Assembly (NCBI RefSeq): GCF_001458695.1
Contig: NZ_LN885086.1
Coordinates: 210,001 to 242,000, forward strand
Origin: Candidatus Nitrospira inopinata
GTDB lineage: Bacteria > Nitrospirota > Nitrospiria > Nitrospirales > Nitrospiraceae
Direction: 5' to 3'
DNA: 32,000 nucleotides
The position numbers were made by a program, and so were the translations under genes. Shown in pieces: positions 18,416-27,800 of the stretch. Under the pieces are notes generated by a model. It ran no database searches. It had not been told where the DNA came from and worked only from the letters and a program-made list of their open reading frames with translations. The first letter of the stretch is position 1. The number at the start of each line of letters is the position of its first letter.

Positions 18416-18826
18416 ATGCGACGCAAGAGCACAGCCACCAAGACGACGCAGTTAGGCTATAACGAAAAGCACGCCAAGAGCGGAATCGATGCGCCGCTGC
18501 CCGATATCGAAACCTTTCCGAACCAGTACAAAGGGTATGAGATCACGATCGACATTCCCGAGTACACGGCCATCTGCCCCAAAACCAAGCTGCCGGACTT
18601 CGGCACCATCACGCTCCACTATATGCCGGACAAAGAATGTCTCGAGCTCAAGTCGCTCAAACTGTATATCCACGCCTACCGCAATCTCGGCATTTTCTAC
18701 GAAAACGCCGTCAACCGCATCCTGCAAGACGTCGTCAAGGCCTGCAAGCCGGTGTGGGCCAAGGTGACCGGTACCTTTAGCGCCCGGGGAGGCCTCTCAA
18801 GCAAAATCGAAGCGCGGTATCCCTGA
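18416..18826 (+). CDS. queF: NADPH-dependent 7-cyano-7-deazaguanine (preQ0) reductase, type I
   Basis: EYTAICPKTKLPDFGTITLHY (QueF Cys motif) and LELKSLKLYIHAYRN. SD GAGGAGAAGA. Starts 16 nt after the preceding ORF. Confidence 0.85.
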   Translation: MRRKSTATKTTQLGYNEKHAKSGIDAPLPDIETFPNQYKGYEITIDIPEYTAICPKTKLPDFGTITLHYMPDKECLELKSLKLYIHAYRNLGIFYENAVNRILQDVVKACKPVWAKVTGTFSARGGLSSKIEARYP

Positions 18827-18908
18827 ACCTCTCCGGTCGTTCATCGATCGGACGGCCGCTCGCCATTCCGACTCGGCGAAAACTCCGGACGGTTGACGGT
18901 TTCTTCCC

Positions 18909-19721
18909 ATGGCTATCTATGCAATCGGCGACGTGCAAGGCTGTTTGAAGTCTCTCCATGCCCTCCTCGATCGGATTTCCTTCCAGCCATCCAAAGATCG
19001 GCTCTGGCTGGTCGGCGACCTCGTCAACCGGGGGCCCGATTCGCTGGGCGTCCTCCGATATCTCAAGGAACTTGGGTCGTCGGCGCAGATCGTCCTCGGA
19101 AACCACGACCTCTTTTTGCTCGCCGTGGCGGAAGGAATTCTTCCGTTACGGCCCAAAGACACGTTGCACGACGTGCTGGCCTCGCCCGATCGAGATGACC
19201 TGTTGTCGTGGCTCAGGCAACAGCCCCTCCACCACCGCGAGGGGACGCACCTCATGGTCCACGCCGGCTTACTTCCCCAGTGGACCATGGAAGAGGCGGT
19301 CGACTACACGCGCGAGGTGGAGAGGGTCCTCACGGGGCCTGACCACCGACAATTTCTCCAACACCTGTTTCACGATCCACCGCGATCATGGTCGAACGGC
19401 CTCCGCGGGTGGGAACGATTGACGACGATCGCCCGCGCGCTGACAAAATTGCGCGCCTGCACGCCGGCAGGTGAGATGTCGAATTTTTCCGGGCCGCCCG
19501 ACTCAACCCCGACCGGATTTGCCCCCTGGTTCCAACTGCCTCATCGTCGCGGCCAAGGCGCGACCGTCATCACAGGTCATTGGGCCGCCCTCGGCCTCAG
19601 ATTGGCTCCGGATCACATCGCTCTGGACACCGGATGTGTGTGGGGGAGGCGCCTCACGGCGGTGCGGCTTGAAGATCGGGCGGTCTTTCAAATCGACTCA
19701 ATTGATTCAATGAAGCGGTAA
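18909..19721 (+). CDS. apaH: Bis(5'-nucleosyl)-tetraphosphatase, symmetrical
   Basis: MAIYAIGDVQGC...LWLVGDLVNRGPDSLGVLRY...VLGNHDLFLL...HAG...GHWA...LDTGCVWG is collinear with E. coli ApaH. Confidence 0.85.
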   Translation: MAIYAIGDVQGCLKSLHALLDRISFQPSKDRLWLVGDLVNRGPDSLGVLRYLKELGSSAQIVLGNHDLFLLAVAEGILPLRPKDTLHDVLASPDRDDLLSWLRQQPLHHREGTHLMVHAGLLPQWTMEEAVDYTREVERVLTGPDHRQFLQHLFHDPPRSWSNGLRGWERLTTIARALTKLRACTPAGEMSNFSGPPDSTPTGFAPWFQLPHRRGQGATVITGHWAALGLRLAPDHIALDTGCVWGRRLTAVRLEDRAVFQIDSIDSMKR

Positions 19722-19754
19722 GGAGGAAGACACGCCTTTCGGCAAGATCGGTGT

Positions 19755-20543
19755 TCAGTGATAGGACTCCGGATCCGACGGAAATGCACCCTGTTCGACT
19801 TCCTCTTTATATCGGCGGATGGCTTGCAGCGCCTCTGTCTTCAGACTCGCATAGGGCTTGACAAACTTCGGCACAAAATCATCGAACAGACCGAGCAGAT
19901 CGTACAGCACCAGCACTTGCCCGTCGCAGTGGGGGCCGGCGCCGATGCCGATCGTGGGAATCGTAAGCTGCTCCGTGATAGTCTTGGCCAAGAGAGCCGG
20001 GATCGCCTCCAACACGATCGCCTGCGCCCCGGCCCGCTCCAAAGTTTTGGCATCAGATATCAGTTGCTCAGCTTGACTTTTGTCCCTCCCCTGCACCTTG
20101 TAGCCGCCATATCGATTGACCGATTGCGGCGTCATGCCGAGATGCCCGACGACAGGGATTCCGATGTCGGTCATGGCCTCCACGCGATCGGCGACGGCCG
20201 CCCCTCCCTCCAACTTCACGGCATGGGCCCCGGCCCGGAGGAATCGTCCCGCATTCCGCAGGGCCTCTTCTTTGCCGGCCTGGTACGACATGAAGGGCAT
20301 ATCGCCGATGACCAGTGAACATCGAACGGCACGGGCAACCAACCTTGTATGGTAGAGCATCTCTCCCATCGTCACCGACAGCGTCGTGGACTTTCCCTGC
20401 ACGACTATTCCCAGCGAATCGCCGACCAAGATCGTGTCGATGCCCGCCTGTTCGACGAGGCGCGCGAACAGCGCGTCGTAGGCGGTCACCACGACGATTT
20501 TCTTGTTGTCCCGTTTGTACCGCTGCAAGTCGGGAACGGTCAT
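19755..20543 (-). CDS. panB: 3-methyl-2-oxobutanoate hydroxymethyltransferase
   Basis: VVVTAYDALFARL...ILVGDSLG...GHLGMTPQSVNRYGGYKVQGR...IGIGAGPHCDGQVLV is collinear with E. coli PanB. Its ATG overlaps the metF stop by 1 nt. Confidence 0.9.
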   Translation of the reverse strand: MTVPDLQRYKRDNKKIVVVTAYDALFARLVEQAGIDTILVGDSLGIVVQGKSTTLSVTMGEMLYHTRLVARAVRCSLVIGDMPFMSYQAGKEEALRNAGRFLRAGAHAVKLEGGAAVADRVEAMTDIGIPVVGHLGMTPQSVNRYGGYKVQGRDKSQAEQLISDAKTLERAGAQAIVLEAIPALLAKTITEQLTIPTIGIGAGPHCDGQVLVLYDLLGLFDDFVPKFVKPYASLKTEALQAIRRYKEEVEQGAFPSDPESYH

Positions 20544-21430
20544 CAGCCGATCTGGGCCTTGGTGAGGATTTCTCCGATCCGATGGACGCCCTTAAGCGCC
20601 ATGATGTGGACGCCGTCGCAATGGGGACGCACGGCCTTGATCGTCTCGACGGCAATCTCGACGCCCACTTCTTCCGATTTGTCGCCGGCGTGCCGCAAGG
20701 CATCGATCATGTCTTGAGGCACAGACATGCCGGGGATGTTGGCGTTCATATACTCCGCCATTTTCGCATTGCGGAGGAGCAAAATCCCGGCCAACACCTT
20801 TACCTTGTACGGGCGCACGGCCTTCATGAAGCCGGCGAACACCTCGGGATTATAAATGGCTTGGGTTTGAAAGAATTCCGCGCCGGCCTTCACTTTCACT
20901 TCGAACTTAGCCAGAACCGGTCCGACCAGTTCGGCTTCCGGCGTCACGGCCGCCCCAATGGCAAAGGACGTGGTCCCGTCAAGCTTATTGCCGACCAGGT
21001 CATGCCCTTCATTCAGCCCGCGCACCATCTGCATGACTTGAACCGAGTCGAGATCATAGACCGGCTTCGCGTCCTTGTGGTCGCCGACGGTCGGATAGTC
21101 TCCCGTCAGACACAAAACGTTTCTGATGCCGAGCATGTGGGCGCCAAGCAGGTCGGACTGCATCGCAATGCGATTTCGATCGCGGCAGGTAAGCTGCATG
21201 ACCGGATCATGTCCCATTTCGTAGAGCAGGCGACACACAGGCAACGACCCGGCCCGCACCACGGCGGCGGTGTTGTCCGTCACGTTCACTCCGTGAATCC
21301 GTCCCAGCAACTGCTTGGCATTCTCCAGAATGCCGGTGATGTTCGTGCCCTTGGGGGGGTTGTACTCCACCGTGATGGCAAACCGCCCTTGATCCAACAC
21401 GTCTTTCAATCTTCTGGGTTCCCGCGTCAT
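20543..21430 (-). CDS. metF: 5,10-methylenetetrahydrofolate reductase
   Basis: FAITVEYNPPKG...VTDN...CRDRN...LCLTGD...FFQTQAIYN, the MTHFR TIM-barrel pattern. The track ORF starts at TTG 21556. I prefer ATG 21430 (GAGG 7 nt upstream), which gives the usual ~295-aa protein. Confidence 0.85.
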   Translation of the reverse strand: MTREPRRLKDVLDQGRFAITVEYNPPKGTNITGILENAKQLLGRIHGVNVTDNTAAVVRAGSLPVCRLLYEMGHDPVMQLTCRDRNRIAMQSDLLGAHMLGIRNVLCLTGDYPTVGDHKDAKPVYDLDSVQVMQMVRGLNEGHDLVGNKLDGTTSFAIGAAVTPEAELVGPVLAKFEVKVKAGAEFFQTQAIYNPEVFAGFMKAVRPYKVKVLAGILLLRNAKMAEYMNANIPGMSVPQDMIDALRHAGDKSEEVGVEIAVETIKAVRPHCDGVHIMALKGVHRIGEILTKAQIG

Positions 21431-21619
21431 GATACGACCTCGGCACTCCGCCTCACTATTTCGCATGATTATTTTGAAGAGAGGGTTACCGCCGCCATCA
21501 CGCCCGCGCGGCCCCGCCCCCGTCGAATCGACGGCCACCGCCCCGACACATGTCAATCACCGTCACCGTGCCCCTGCGCCTCGCCTCTCTATTTTTAAGA
21601 CGAGCCCGAAACATGAGGC

Positions 21620-22480
21620 CTACAACAACCCGGCGCCTCGCTTGGCCGACTCCACCGTATTGGCCAACAACATCGCGATCGTCATGGGCCCCACCCCGCC
21701 CGGCACCGGGCTGATCCAGCTTGCCTTCTCGCGCACCGGTTCAAAATCGACGTCGCCGCACAACTTCCCGTCCGGCAGCTTGTTGGTGCCGACGTCGATC
21801 ACCACCGCTCCCTCCTTCACCATGTCCGCCGTCACGAACTTCGCTTTTCCGATCGCCACGAGCAACAGATCGGCTTCGCGGCACACGGCCGGCAGGTCTT
21901 TGGTCTTGGAATGACAGATGGTGACCGTCGCGTTGCGATGCAAGAGCATCAGCGCCAACGGCTTTCCCACGATATTGCTCCGGCCGACGACGACCGCCCG
22001 TTTGCCCTCGATCGTCACGCCCGTGGATTCAATCATCTTGATGACTCCCTTGGGCGTGCAGGCTTCGAACACGGGGTTGCCTTCGACCAACCGACCGAAG
22101 TTATACGGATGAAACCCATCGGCGTCCTTATCGGGGGACACGGCTTCGAGAATGATTCGACTGTCGATGTGTTTGGGCAAGGGCAACTGGACCAAGATGC
22201 CGTGGACCTTGGGATCGGCGTTCTTTTTTTCGATCAGCGCCAGCAACTCGGCCTGCGTCGTCGAAGCGGGCAGTTTATGGTCGTCCACGTAGATGCCGGC
22301 CAGTTCGCAGGCCTTCTGCTTATTCTTCACATAGATGTGCGACGCAGGATCGTCGCCGACCAAAATCGTCGCCAAGCCGGGCTTGACGCCGGTCTTTGCC
22401 AACACCGCCGCCGACTCGACCGCCAATTGTTCCCTCACCTGCTGCGCCAACGCTTTTCCATCAATCAATTGTGCCGCCAC
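21620..22480 (-). CDS. folD: Bifunctional methylene-THF dehydrogenase / methenyl-THF cyclohydrolase
   Basis: LIDGKALA...PGLATILVGDDPAS..YVKNK...VQLPLP...NFGRL...CTPKG...VVVGRSNIVGKP...PVPGGVGPMT. GTG start. Confidence 0.9.
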   Translation of the reverse strand: MAAQLIDGKALAQQVREQLAVESAAVLAKTGVKPGLATILVGDDPASHIYVKNKQKACELAGIYVDDHKLPASTTQAELLALIEKKNADPKVHGILVQLPLPKHIDSRIILEAVSPDKDADGFHPYNFGRLVEGNPVFEACTPKGVIKMIESTGVTIEGKRAVVVGRSNIVGKPLALMLLHRNATVTICHSKTKDLPAVCREADLLLVAIGKAKFVTADMVKEGAVVIDVGTNKLPDGKLCGDVDFEPVREKASWISPVPGGVGPMTIAMLLANTVESAKRGAGLL

Positions 22481-22736
22481 GATCTCCCCCCGACTGTAAA
22501 GTTGTGAAGTCCCGGCTCAAGAGGAGGCGAATTCCCGGCCTCCTTCGTCCCCTCTCTCCTATTTTCGAGTCACGACCAGCATTGTCACAAGAAGTGCGCC
22601 AACTTAGCAGGGCATTTTTGCCCAAGTCAACGACGCAGACCGATCCGTCATTTTATAGAGGGAGTCGAAATAGAAGACGTCGTTTTCCGCCTTGTCATTT
22701 ATCAGTTGATCTGAAGCCGTCTCGCGGCCCCTTTCC

Positions 22737-22766
22737 TTGACACCGTCTTTCGCCATTGGCTAGGAT
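22737..22766 (+). promoter_or_regulatory. Candidate sigma70-like promoter for the propeller/Cys-rich gene pair
   Basis: TTGACA (22737-22742), an 18-nt spacer, then TAGGAT (22761-22766), ~60 nt upstream of ATG 22829. Confidence 0.3.
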
Positions 22767-22828
22767 GCCTTCAGTCCATCCGATACGCCGACACGGTCGG
22801 CCAAGTCGCCGAGTCACTGTCAACGTTG

Positions 22829-23842
22829 ATGACTCATCTACGGGCACTACGAATATACAGGACACTGCGCGGGGGTCTCTTCGCGTCTTCCCTCGTGTTG
22901 TGCCTGGTCGCACCAGTCGGCGCGGCCCAAATCCTCGGTCTGGAATCCCCCAACTGTTTTGTCGGCGACCAATCCGGAAGCGACTATTTCATCTCCAACA
23001 TCAACGGAGAACCGGAAGCCAAAGACAACAACGGATTCATCACCAAGCTGGACGGCCAAGGTAAGATCACGAACCTGAAGTTCATTCAAGGAGGGGTCGC
23101 GAACGTGCTCCTCCATGCCCCCAAAGGCATGGCTCTCGACGGGGACACCCTGTACGTTGCGGATCTTGATCAGCTCAAGGGATTCGACAAAACCACGGGA
23201 AAACACCTTGTGACCGTCTCGTTTCCCCCGTCCGCTCCCTCGCAAGGCCCTGTCTCGCTGACGGACGTCGCGGTCGGACCGAACGGCGTGCTGTACGCAT
23301 CGGATCAGGCCGCCAACGCCATTTACCGGGTAGAAACGACCGCCGGCCATCGGGTGTCCCTCTTGATCCGCGATGATCGATTGGCCGGACCGACGGGGAT
23401 CGCCGTCCACCCCCACACCGGCCACGTGATCGCCGTGAGCTGGAACAAGGGCAAAATTTTCGATGTCGCGCCCGATGGACGCCTGACGGAATTGGAGTCG
23501 AACGGCTTCTTCACAGGACGCTTCCAAAACTTGAGCGGCGTGGACTTCGACCGCTGGGGGAATATGTACGTCTCGGATCTGACCAAGGGAAAAATCTGGC
23601 GCATGACACGGGATGGAAAATTTCACGTGATTGCCGAGTATTTGCCCGCTCCCGCGCACATCGGCATCGATCGTGCCAACAACATCATTCTCGTCCCCTA
23701 TCAATATGACAACGCCGCCGAAATGAACGGCCTCGAAACACCGACCGTCGGCAAATCGAAGAAAGAAAAGCGAACGTTGGCGGACTATGGATTCATCGCC
23801 CCGCCGTCCCAATCTCCGACGGGAAGTTCGGGGAACAAATGA
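22829..23842 (+). CDS. Secreted beta-propeller protein (NHL/SMP-30-gluconolactonase-like repeats)
   Basis: Sec-type leader MTHLRALRIYRTLRGGLFASSLVLCLVAPVGAAQ. Recurrent blade-like motifs: LYVADL, LYASDQ, GIAVHP, MYVSDL, IGID. The track start at 22826 is a TTG one codon before the ATG. Confidence 0.65.
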   Translation: MTHLRALRIYRTLRGGLFASSLVLCLVAPVGAAQILGLESPNCFVGDQSGSDYFISNINGEPEAKDNNGFITKLDGQGKITNLKFIQGGVANVLLHAPKGMALDGDTLYVADLDQLKGFDKTTGKHLVTVSFPPSAPSQGPVSLTDVAVGPNGVLYASDQAANAIYRVETTAGHRVSLLIRDDRLAGPTGIAVHPHTGHVIAVSWNKGKIFDVAPDGRLTELESNGFFTGRFQNLSGVDFDRWGNMYVSDLTKGKIWRMTRDGKFHVIAEYLPAPAHIGIDRANNIILVPYQYDNAAEMNGLETPTVGKSKKEKRTLADYGFIAPPSQSPTGSSGNK

Positions 23843-24534
23843 GCCCCTGCGCTTACTGCTCACGGCGAAAGGGAAAGCGACCGTGCCCCGCCCTTGGCGG
23901 GTCAATTTGCAGTTCCTGTTGCGGCGAGCATCGCTTGTCCCGCATCAGTTGCCCGCATGATTGCGTCTATCTGGACAGCGGAGGAGACTATCAGGAGAAA
24001 CGCCTGGGCGAGCAACTCATGACGCGACGCCGGGAATTCTATCGAGAACTGGAAGAAATCGCGGGTTTCAAAGGCGCCGCGCTGTTCAACTTGATAGAAG
24101 TCGTCACCTACCGCTATTTTCAAGGCCGTCGGGACGGACAGGACGCCGAAGTAGTCGCCGCGCTCCAAACCTTGCGCCGCGCGCTGAGCCCCCTGCACGT
24201 GCCGTCCTCGCCCATGCCCGTGTTTGCCGAACATCTGAAAAAGGAATACGAAGAGTACCGAAAAGAGCACCCCGAGGAGATCGCCGACGGAGCCGAGGCG
24301 CCCAAGGTGCTTGATCGAGCCGTGACGTTCATCACGGAGTTTTCAGGAACCGATTTTCAGTCCAGGCGGTTCCTCAACGGGCTGGTCGGCTATGTCAAAA
24401 CGTATCACCCGACGCTGGCCGAGCAACTGCGCGCAAAGCACGAGGGAGGACGTATCATTCTCCCTGGAACATCCTTGCCGCCGACTGTTTCAGACCCGCA
24501 CGTGCACGGTCCGGGTTGCGAACACCACCACTAG
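23839..24534 (+). CDS. Cys-rich N-terminal / His-rich C-terminal hypothetical protein, 231 aa
   Basis: ATGA start/stop overlap with the propeller gene. Eight Cys lie within residues 4-42 (CAYC-x8-C-x7-CSSCC-x9-CPHDC). The C-terminal tail is DPHVHGPGCEHHH. No signal peptide. Confidence 0.6.
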   Translation: MSPCAYCSRRKGKRPCPALGGSICSSCCGEHRLSRISCPHDCVYLDSGGDYQEKRLGEQLMTRRREFYRELEEIAGFKGAALFNLIEVVTYRYFQGRRDGQDAEVVAALQTLRRALSPLHVPSSPMPVFAEHLKKEYEEYRKEHPEEIADGAEAPKVLDRAVTFITEFSGTDFQSRRFLNGLVGYVKTYHPTLAEQLRAKHEGGRIILPGTSLPPTVSDPHVHGPGCEHHH

Positions 24535-24648
24535 CCGACCAATGCGCAAATCGGCCGGCCAGGCTCTCGCGGGGACCGGCCGCTCCCTGTACCATCAACG
24601 ATGGGCCAACCTCATGCCTCGGTCTTGCATCCTGTCCGGCCTTTTCCG

Positions 24649-24978
24649 CTATTCCCTGAGGCGAGTCAACTGGTGCTCGATATGTCGCGCCAATAGAAAA
24701 TCAGCCTCGTTCGAGAGCGAGATGATCTGAACGCCGCATTGCGTCCCGTTGCTCCATCGAACCACGGCCAGGTCGATACCCAGAACCGTTCCATCCGGCA
24801 ACCAAATCCGAACGGCCACCACACTGTCGCGTGGAGGAAGCGAATCACCCTCAATTCTCAATCCGTTCAAAGAAAGATCGCGCACGACGACGTGCTGAAT
24901 GGAACCCCGCACGACGAGAGATGCGCGGCAGCCCGTCGATATCCTCCGATACATCCGCCGAGTCGATACGGAACGCAT
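24649..24978 (-). CDS. Stand-alone PilZ-domain protein (putative c-di-GMP receptor)
   Basis: RRMYRR (RxxxR) and DLSLNG (D/NxSxxG) motifs with the right spacing. Strong SD AAGGAGGGGA. Confidence 0.7.
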   Translation of the reverse strand: MRSVSTRRMYRRISTGCRASLVVRGSIQHVVVRDLSLNGLRIEGDSLPPRDSVVAVRIWLPDGTVLGIDLAVVRWSNGTQCGVQIISLSNEADFLLARHIEHQLTRLRE

Positions 24979-25154
24979 GCTCCCCTCCTTGGCTGACTCA
25001 TCGCCAAGGATAGCCCCCGGAAGAGGACAAAACCATGCTACAAAAGCTCACCCCTCGAAAGGGGGACGCAGGGAGAAAGACATCTGCACCCTTGGGAAAA
25101 GCACACCGGACAATAAGGACCCGTTCATCGCCCGGCTGAGCACGGAGGCGGGCG

Positions 25155-25787
25155 CTAGTCCGCGATCGTCACCGTCATCTCGACCCGCTCTTTCGGATTG
25201 TCCTGGGCATCGCGGGGCACGTTCACGATCTTGTCGGCCACGCCGATTCCCTTCACCACTTCGCCGAACACCGTATACTTGTTGTCAAGAAACGGCGAAT
25301 CCTCGACCACGATGAAAAACTGCGAACCGGCCGAATCGGGATCCTGGGATCGCGCCATCGACACGATCCCCCGCTTATGGGAAATGTCATTGAACTCGGC
25401 TTTTAGCCGAACGGGATTCCCCTTCTCATCCGTCGGTCCTCCCATGCCGTAGAGCTCTTTTTTTAAGGAGTCTTTGGTGTTGGGGTCGCCGCCTTGAATC
25501 ATGAAGCCGGGAATGACGCGATGAAAAATCGTCCCGTTATAGAATCCGGCTTTCGCCAGCGCAATGAAGTTCTCGACGTGCCTCGGCGCGGCCTCGGGAA
25601 AAAATTTGATCTCCATGTCGCCGAATTTCGTCTTGATGATCGCTCGCGGCCCTTTCGATGCTCCGTCCTTTTGACTCGCCGATTTGTCGGCGGCGACGAC
25701 GCCGGCGGGAGCCATGAGAGACAACGCGCATCCCGTCAGCACCGTCGCGCATATCGTCAACGCCGCTCGTCGCATAAGCATGGCCAT
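25155..25787 (-). CDS. Cyclophilin-type peptidyl-prolyl cis-trans isomerase, exported (probable lipoprotein)
   Basis: FHRVIPGFMIQGGDP...SMAR...SQFFIV cyclophilin core. The leader carries the lipobox-like LTGC. The start may be the third Met (25781), given the SD position. Confidence 0.9.
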   Translation of the reverse strand: MAMLMRRAALTICATVLTGCALSLMAPAGVVAADKSASQKDGASKGPRAIIKTKFGDMEIKFFPEAAPRHVENFIALAKAGFYNGTIFHRVIPGFMIQGGDPNTKDSLKKELYGMGGPTDEKGNPVRLKAEFNDISHKRGIVSMARSQDPDSAGSQFFIVVEDSPFLDNKYTVFGEVVKGIGVADKIVNVPRDAQDNPKERVEMTVTIAD

Positions 25788-25806
25788 CTCCTTTCCTCAC
25801 CGTGAT

Positions 25807-26514
25807 TCATTGTTCGATCCGTTCCAACGCCAGCCTTGCCGCTTCCTGCTCGGCTTCTTTTTTACTGGTTCCTTGTCCGACTCCGAGCGCTTCATCGCCC
25901 ACGGAAACCTCGACCTGAAAACATTTCTGATGGTCGGGCCCCGTTTCTCGCAGAGTGCGGTACCGAGGCACCAATTGATGCCGCTTTTGACACCATTCCT
26001 GGAGTCTGGTTTTGTAATCACCGCGCCCCGGGGTCGTCTGCATCGATTCCATTTTTCGCAACTCTTCCGCCAACGTCTCAAGGACGAACGTCCGACTCGC
26101 TTCGATCCCTCCGTCGAGATACACCGCCGCGATCACCGCCTCCAATCCGTCGGCCAGCAATGACGGCTTTTTTCTCCCCATCGACCGTTCCTCGCCCCGC
26201 CCCAGTTTAAGATGCGCGCCGAGATCAAGCCGCCGGGCGGCGCTGGCCAGCGACGATTCGCTGACCAGTCCGGCTTTGAGTTTCGAGAGCGCGCCTTCTC
26301 TCAACCCCGGATATCGGGTCGCCAGGTACTCGCTGATGACGAGCGACAGCACGGCGTCGCCCAAAAACTCGAGTCGCTCGTTGTGGCGGACGTCTTGGTC
26401 TCTGTTTTCGTTGACGTACGACTTGTGCGTCAGCGCTTCGTCGAGGAGCGCCCTGTTGCGGAAACGATAGGTCAGCGAAATGGGATGTGAATCGGCCCGG
26501 GGAGCCGGTGTCAT
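25807..26514 (-). CDS. rnc: Ribonuclease III
   Basis: NERLEFLGDAVL signature plus a C-terminal dsRBD (GPDHQKCFQVEV...GQGTSKKEAEQEAAR). Confidence 0.9.
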   Translation of the reverse strand: MTPAPRADSHPISLTYRFRNRALLDEALTHKSYVNENRDQDVRHNERLEFLGDAVLSLVISEYLATRYPGLREGALSKLKAGLVSESSLASAARRLDLGAHLKLGRGEERSMGRKKPSLLADGLEAVIAAVYLDGGIEASRTFVLETLAEELRKMESMQTTPGRGDYKTRLQEWCQKRHQLVPRYRTLRETGPDHQKCFQVEVSVGDEALGVGQGTSKKEAEQEAARLALERIEQ

Positions 26515-26528
26515 CGTCGAAAAAGACG

Positions 26529-27800
26529 CTACGCGTCCACCCGCTTGAAAATCAAACAGGCGTTCACCCCGCCGAATCCAAAGGAATTGGACAAGGCCGC
26601 GGTGACGGCGGCGGGTCTCGCTTTATTGGGCACATAATCCAAATCGCACGCCGGATCGGGATTTTCGAGGTTGATGGTGGGCGGCAGCACGCCGTGGAAA
26701 ATGGCCAGAATGCTGAAGATCGCCTCAACCCCGCCCGCCGCGCCGAGCAGGTGGCCCGTCATGGACTTCGTCGAACTGACGGGAATGCCGTAGGCGCGAT
26801 CGCCGAAGACGGTCTTGATGGCGCGCGTTTCAATGGCGTCCGCCATCGTGGACGTTCCATGAGCGTTAATGTATCCGATTTGATCTTTGGCGATCCCGGC
26901 GTCCTCGATGGCCAGTTCCATGCAACGCACCGCCCCCTCGCCTTCTTCGGGAGGCGCCGTAATGTGATAGGCGTCGCTGTTCATCCCGTACCCGACGATT
27001 TCGGCGTACAGCCTCGCGCCGCGACGGCGCGCATGTTCCAACTCCTCGATCACGACCACCCCGGCGCCTTCTCCCAGGACGAATCCGTCACGGTCTCTGT
27101 CGAACGGCCGACTCGCTCTCGTCGGCTCATTGTTTCTGAACGACAGCGCCTTGGCCGCCGCAAATCCCGCGACGCCCAACGGCGTCACGGCCGCCTCGGC
27201 GCCGCCCGCCACCATCACGTCCGCGCGGCCGTCCTGAATCAGGCGGAACGCGTCCCCGATGCAATGATTGCCGGTCGCGCAGGCCGTCACGATGGAAGAA
27301 TTGGGACCTTTGGCCCCGATCCGAATCGCGACCTGTCCGGACGCCAGATTGATAATGGTCATCGGAATAAAAAACGGCGAGACCCGTCCCGGTCCCTTCT
27401 CCTTGAGCACGTCGTGGTACCGTTCGATCGACCCCAGCCCGCCGATCCCGGATCCGATATAGACGCCGACCCTGGCGGCCTCTTCCTCGGCGACCTTCAG
27501 CCCGGCGTCATCCACGGCCAATTGGGCCGCGCCCACGGCATAGTGGATGAACGCGTCCATTTTCTTGATTTCTTTTTTCTCGATGAACTGCGCCGGATCG
27601 AAATCCGTCACCTCTCCGGCGATCTGCGCGTCGTAGCCGGCCGGATCGAACTTCGTAATCCGTCGGATGCCGGATTCTCCGGCGCACAGAGCCGTCCAGG
27701 TTTTTTCAACGCCGGTGCCCAGCGGAGTCACCAACCCCAGCCCCGTGACCACCACGCGGCGTTTCGTTCGATCAGACATGGCCGACTGACGCGCTAACAT
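26529..27800 (-). CDS. fabF: 3-oxoacyl-ACP synthase II
   Basis: RRVVVTGLG...ACATG...NAHGTST...[11 protein letters not shown]...NSFGFGGVN. The start is ATG 27800 (SD AAGGA, 7-nt overlap with acpP) or ATG 27779 ([11 protein letters not shown]). Confidence 0.9.
   Translation of the reverse strand: MLARQSAMSDRTKRRVVVTGLGLVTPLGTGVEKTWTALCAGESGIRRITKFDPAGYDAQIAGEVTDFDPAQFIEKKEIKKMDAFIHYAVGAAQLAVDDAGLKVAEEEAARVGVYIGSGIGGLGSIERYHDVLKEKGPGRVSPFFIPMTIINLASGQVAIRIGAKGPNSSIVTACATGNHCIGDAFRLIQDGRADVMVAGGAEAAVTPLGVAGFAAAKALSFRNNEPTRASRPFDRDRDGFVLGEGAGVVVIEELEHARRRGARLYAEIVGYGMNSDAYHITAPPEEGEGAVRCMELAIEDAGIAKDQIGYINAHGTSTMADAIETRAIKTVFGDRAYGIPVSSTKSMTGHLLGAAGGVEAIFSILAIFHGVLPPTINLENPDPACDLDYVPNKARPAAVTAALSNSFGFGGVNACLIFKRVDA

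Noticed and set aside
22481-22736. Looked for ZTP or THF riboswitch cores upstream of folD.
   Set aside because: I found no GGGUCGUGAC...CCGCCUGGGCA-like or THF-like conserved segments by eye. The region contains only a CCGGGA direct repeat.
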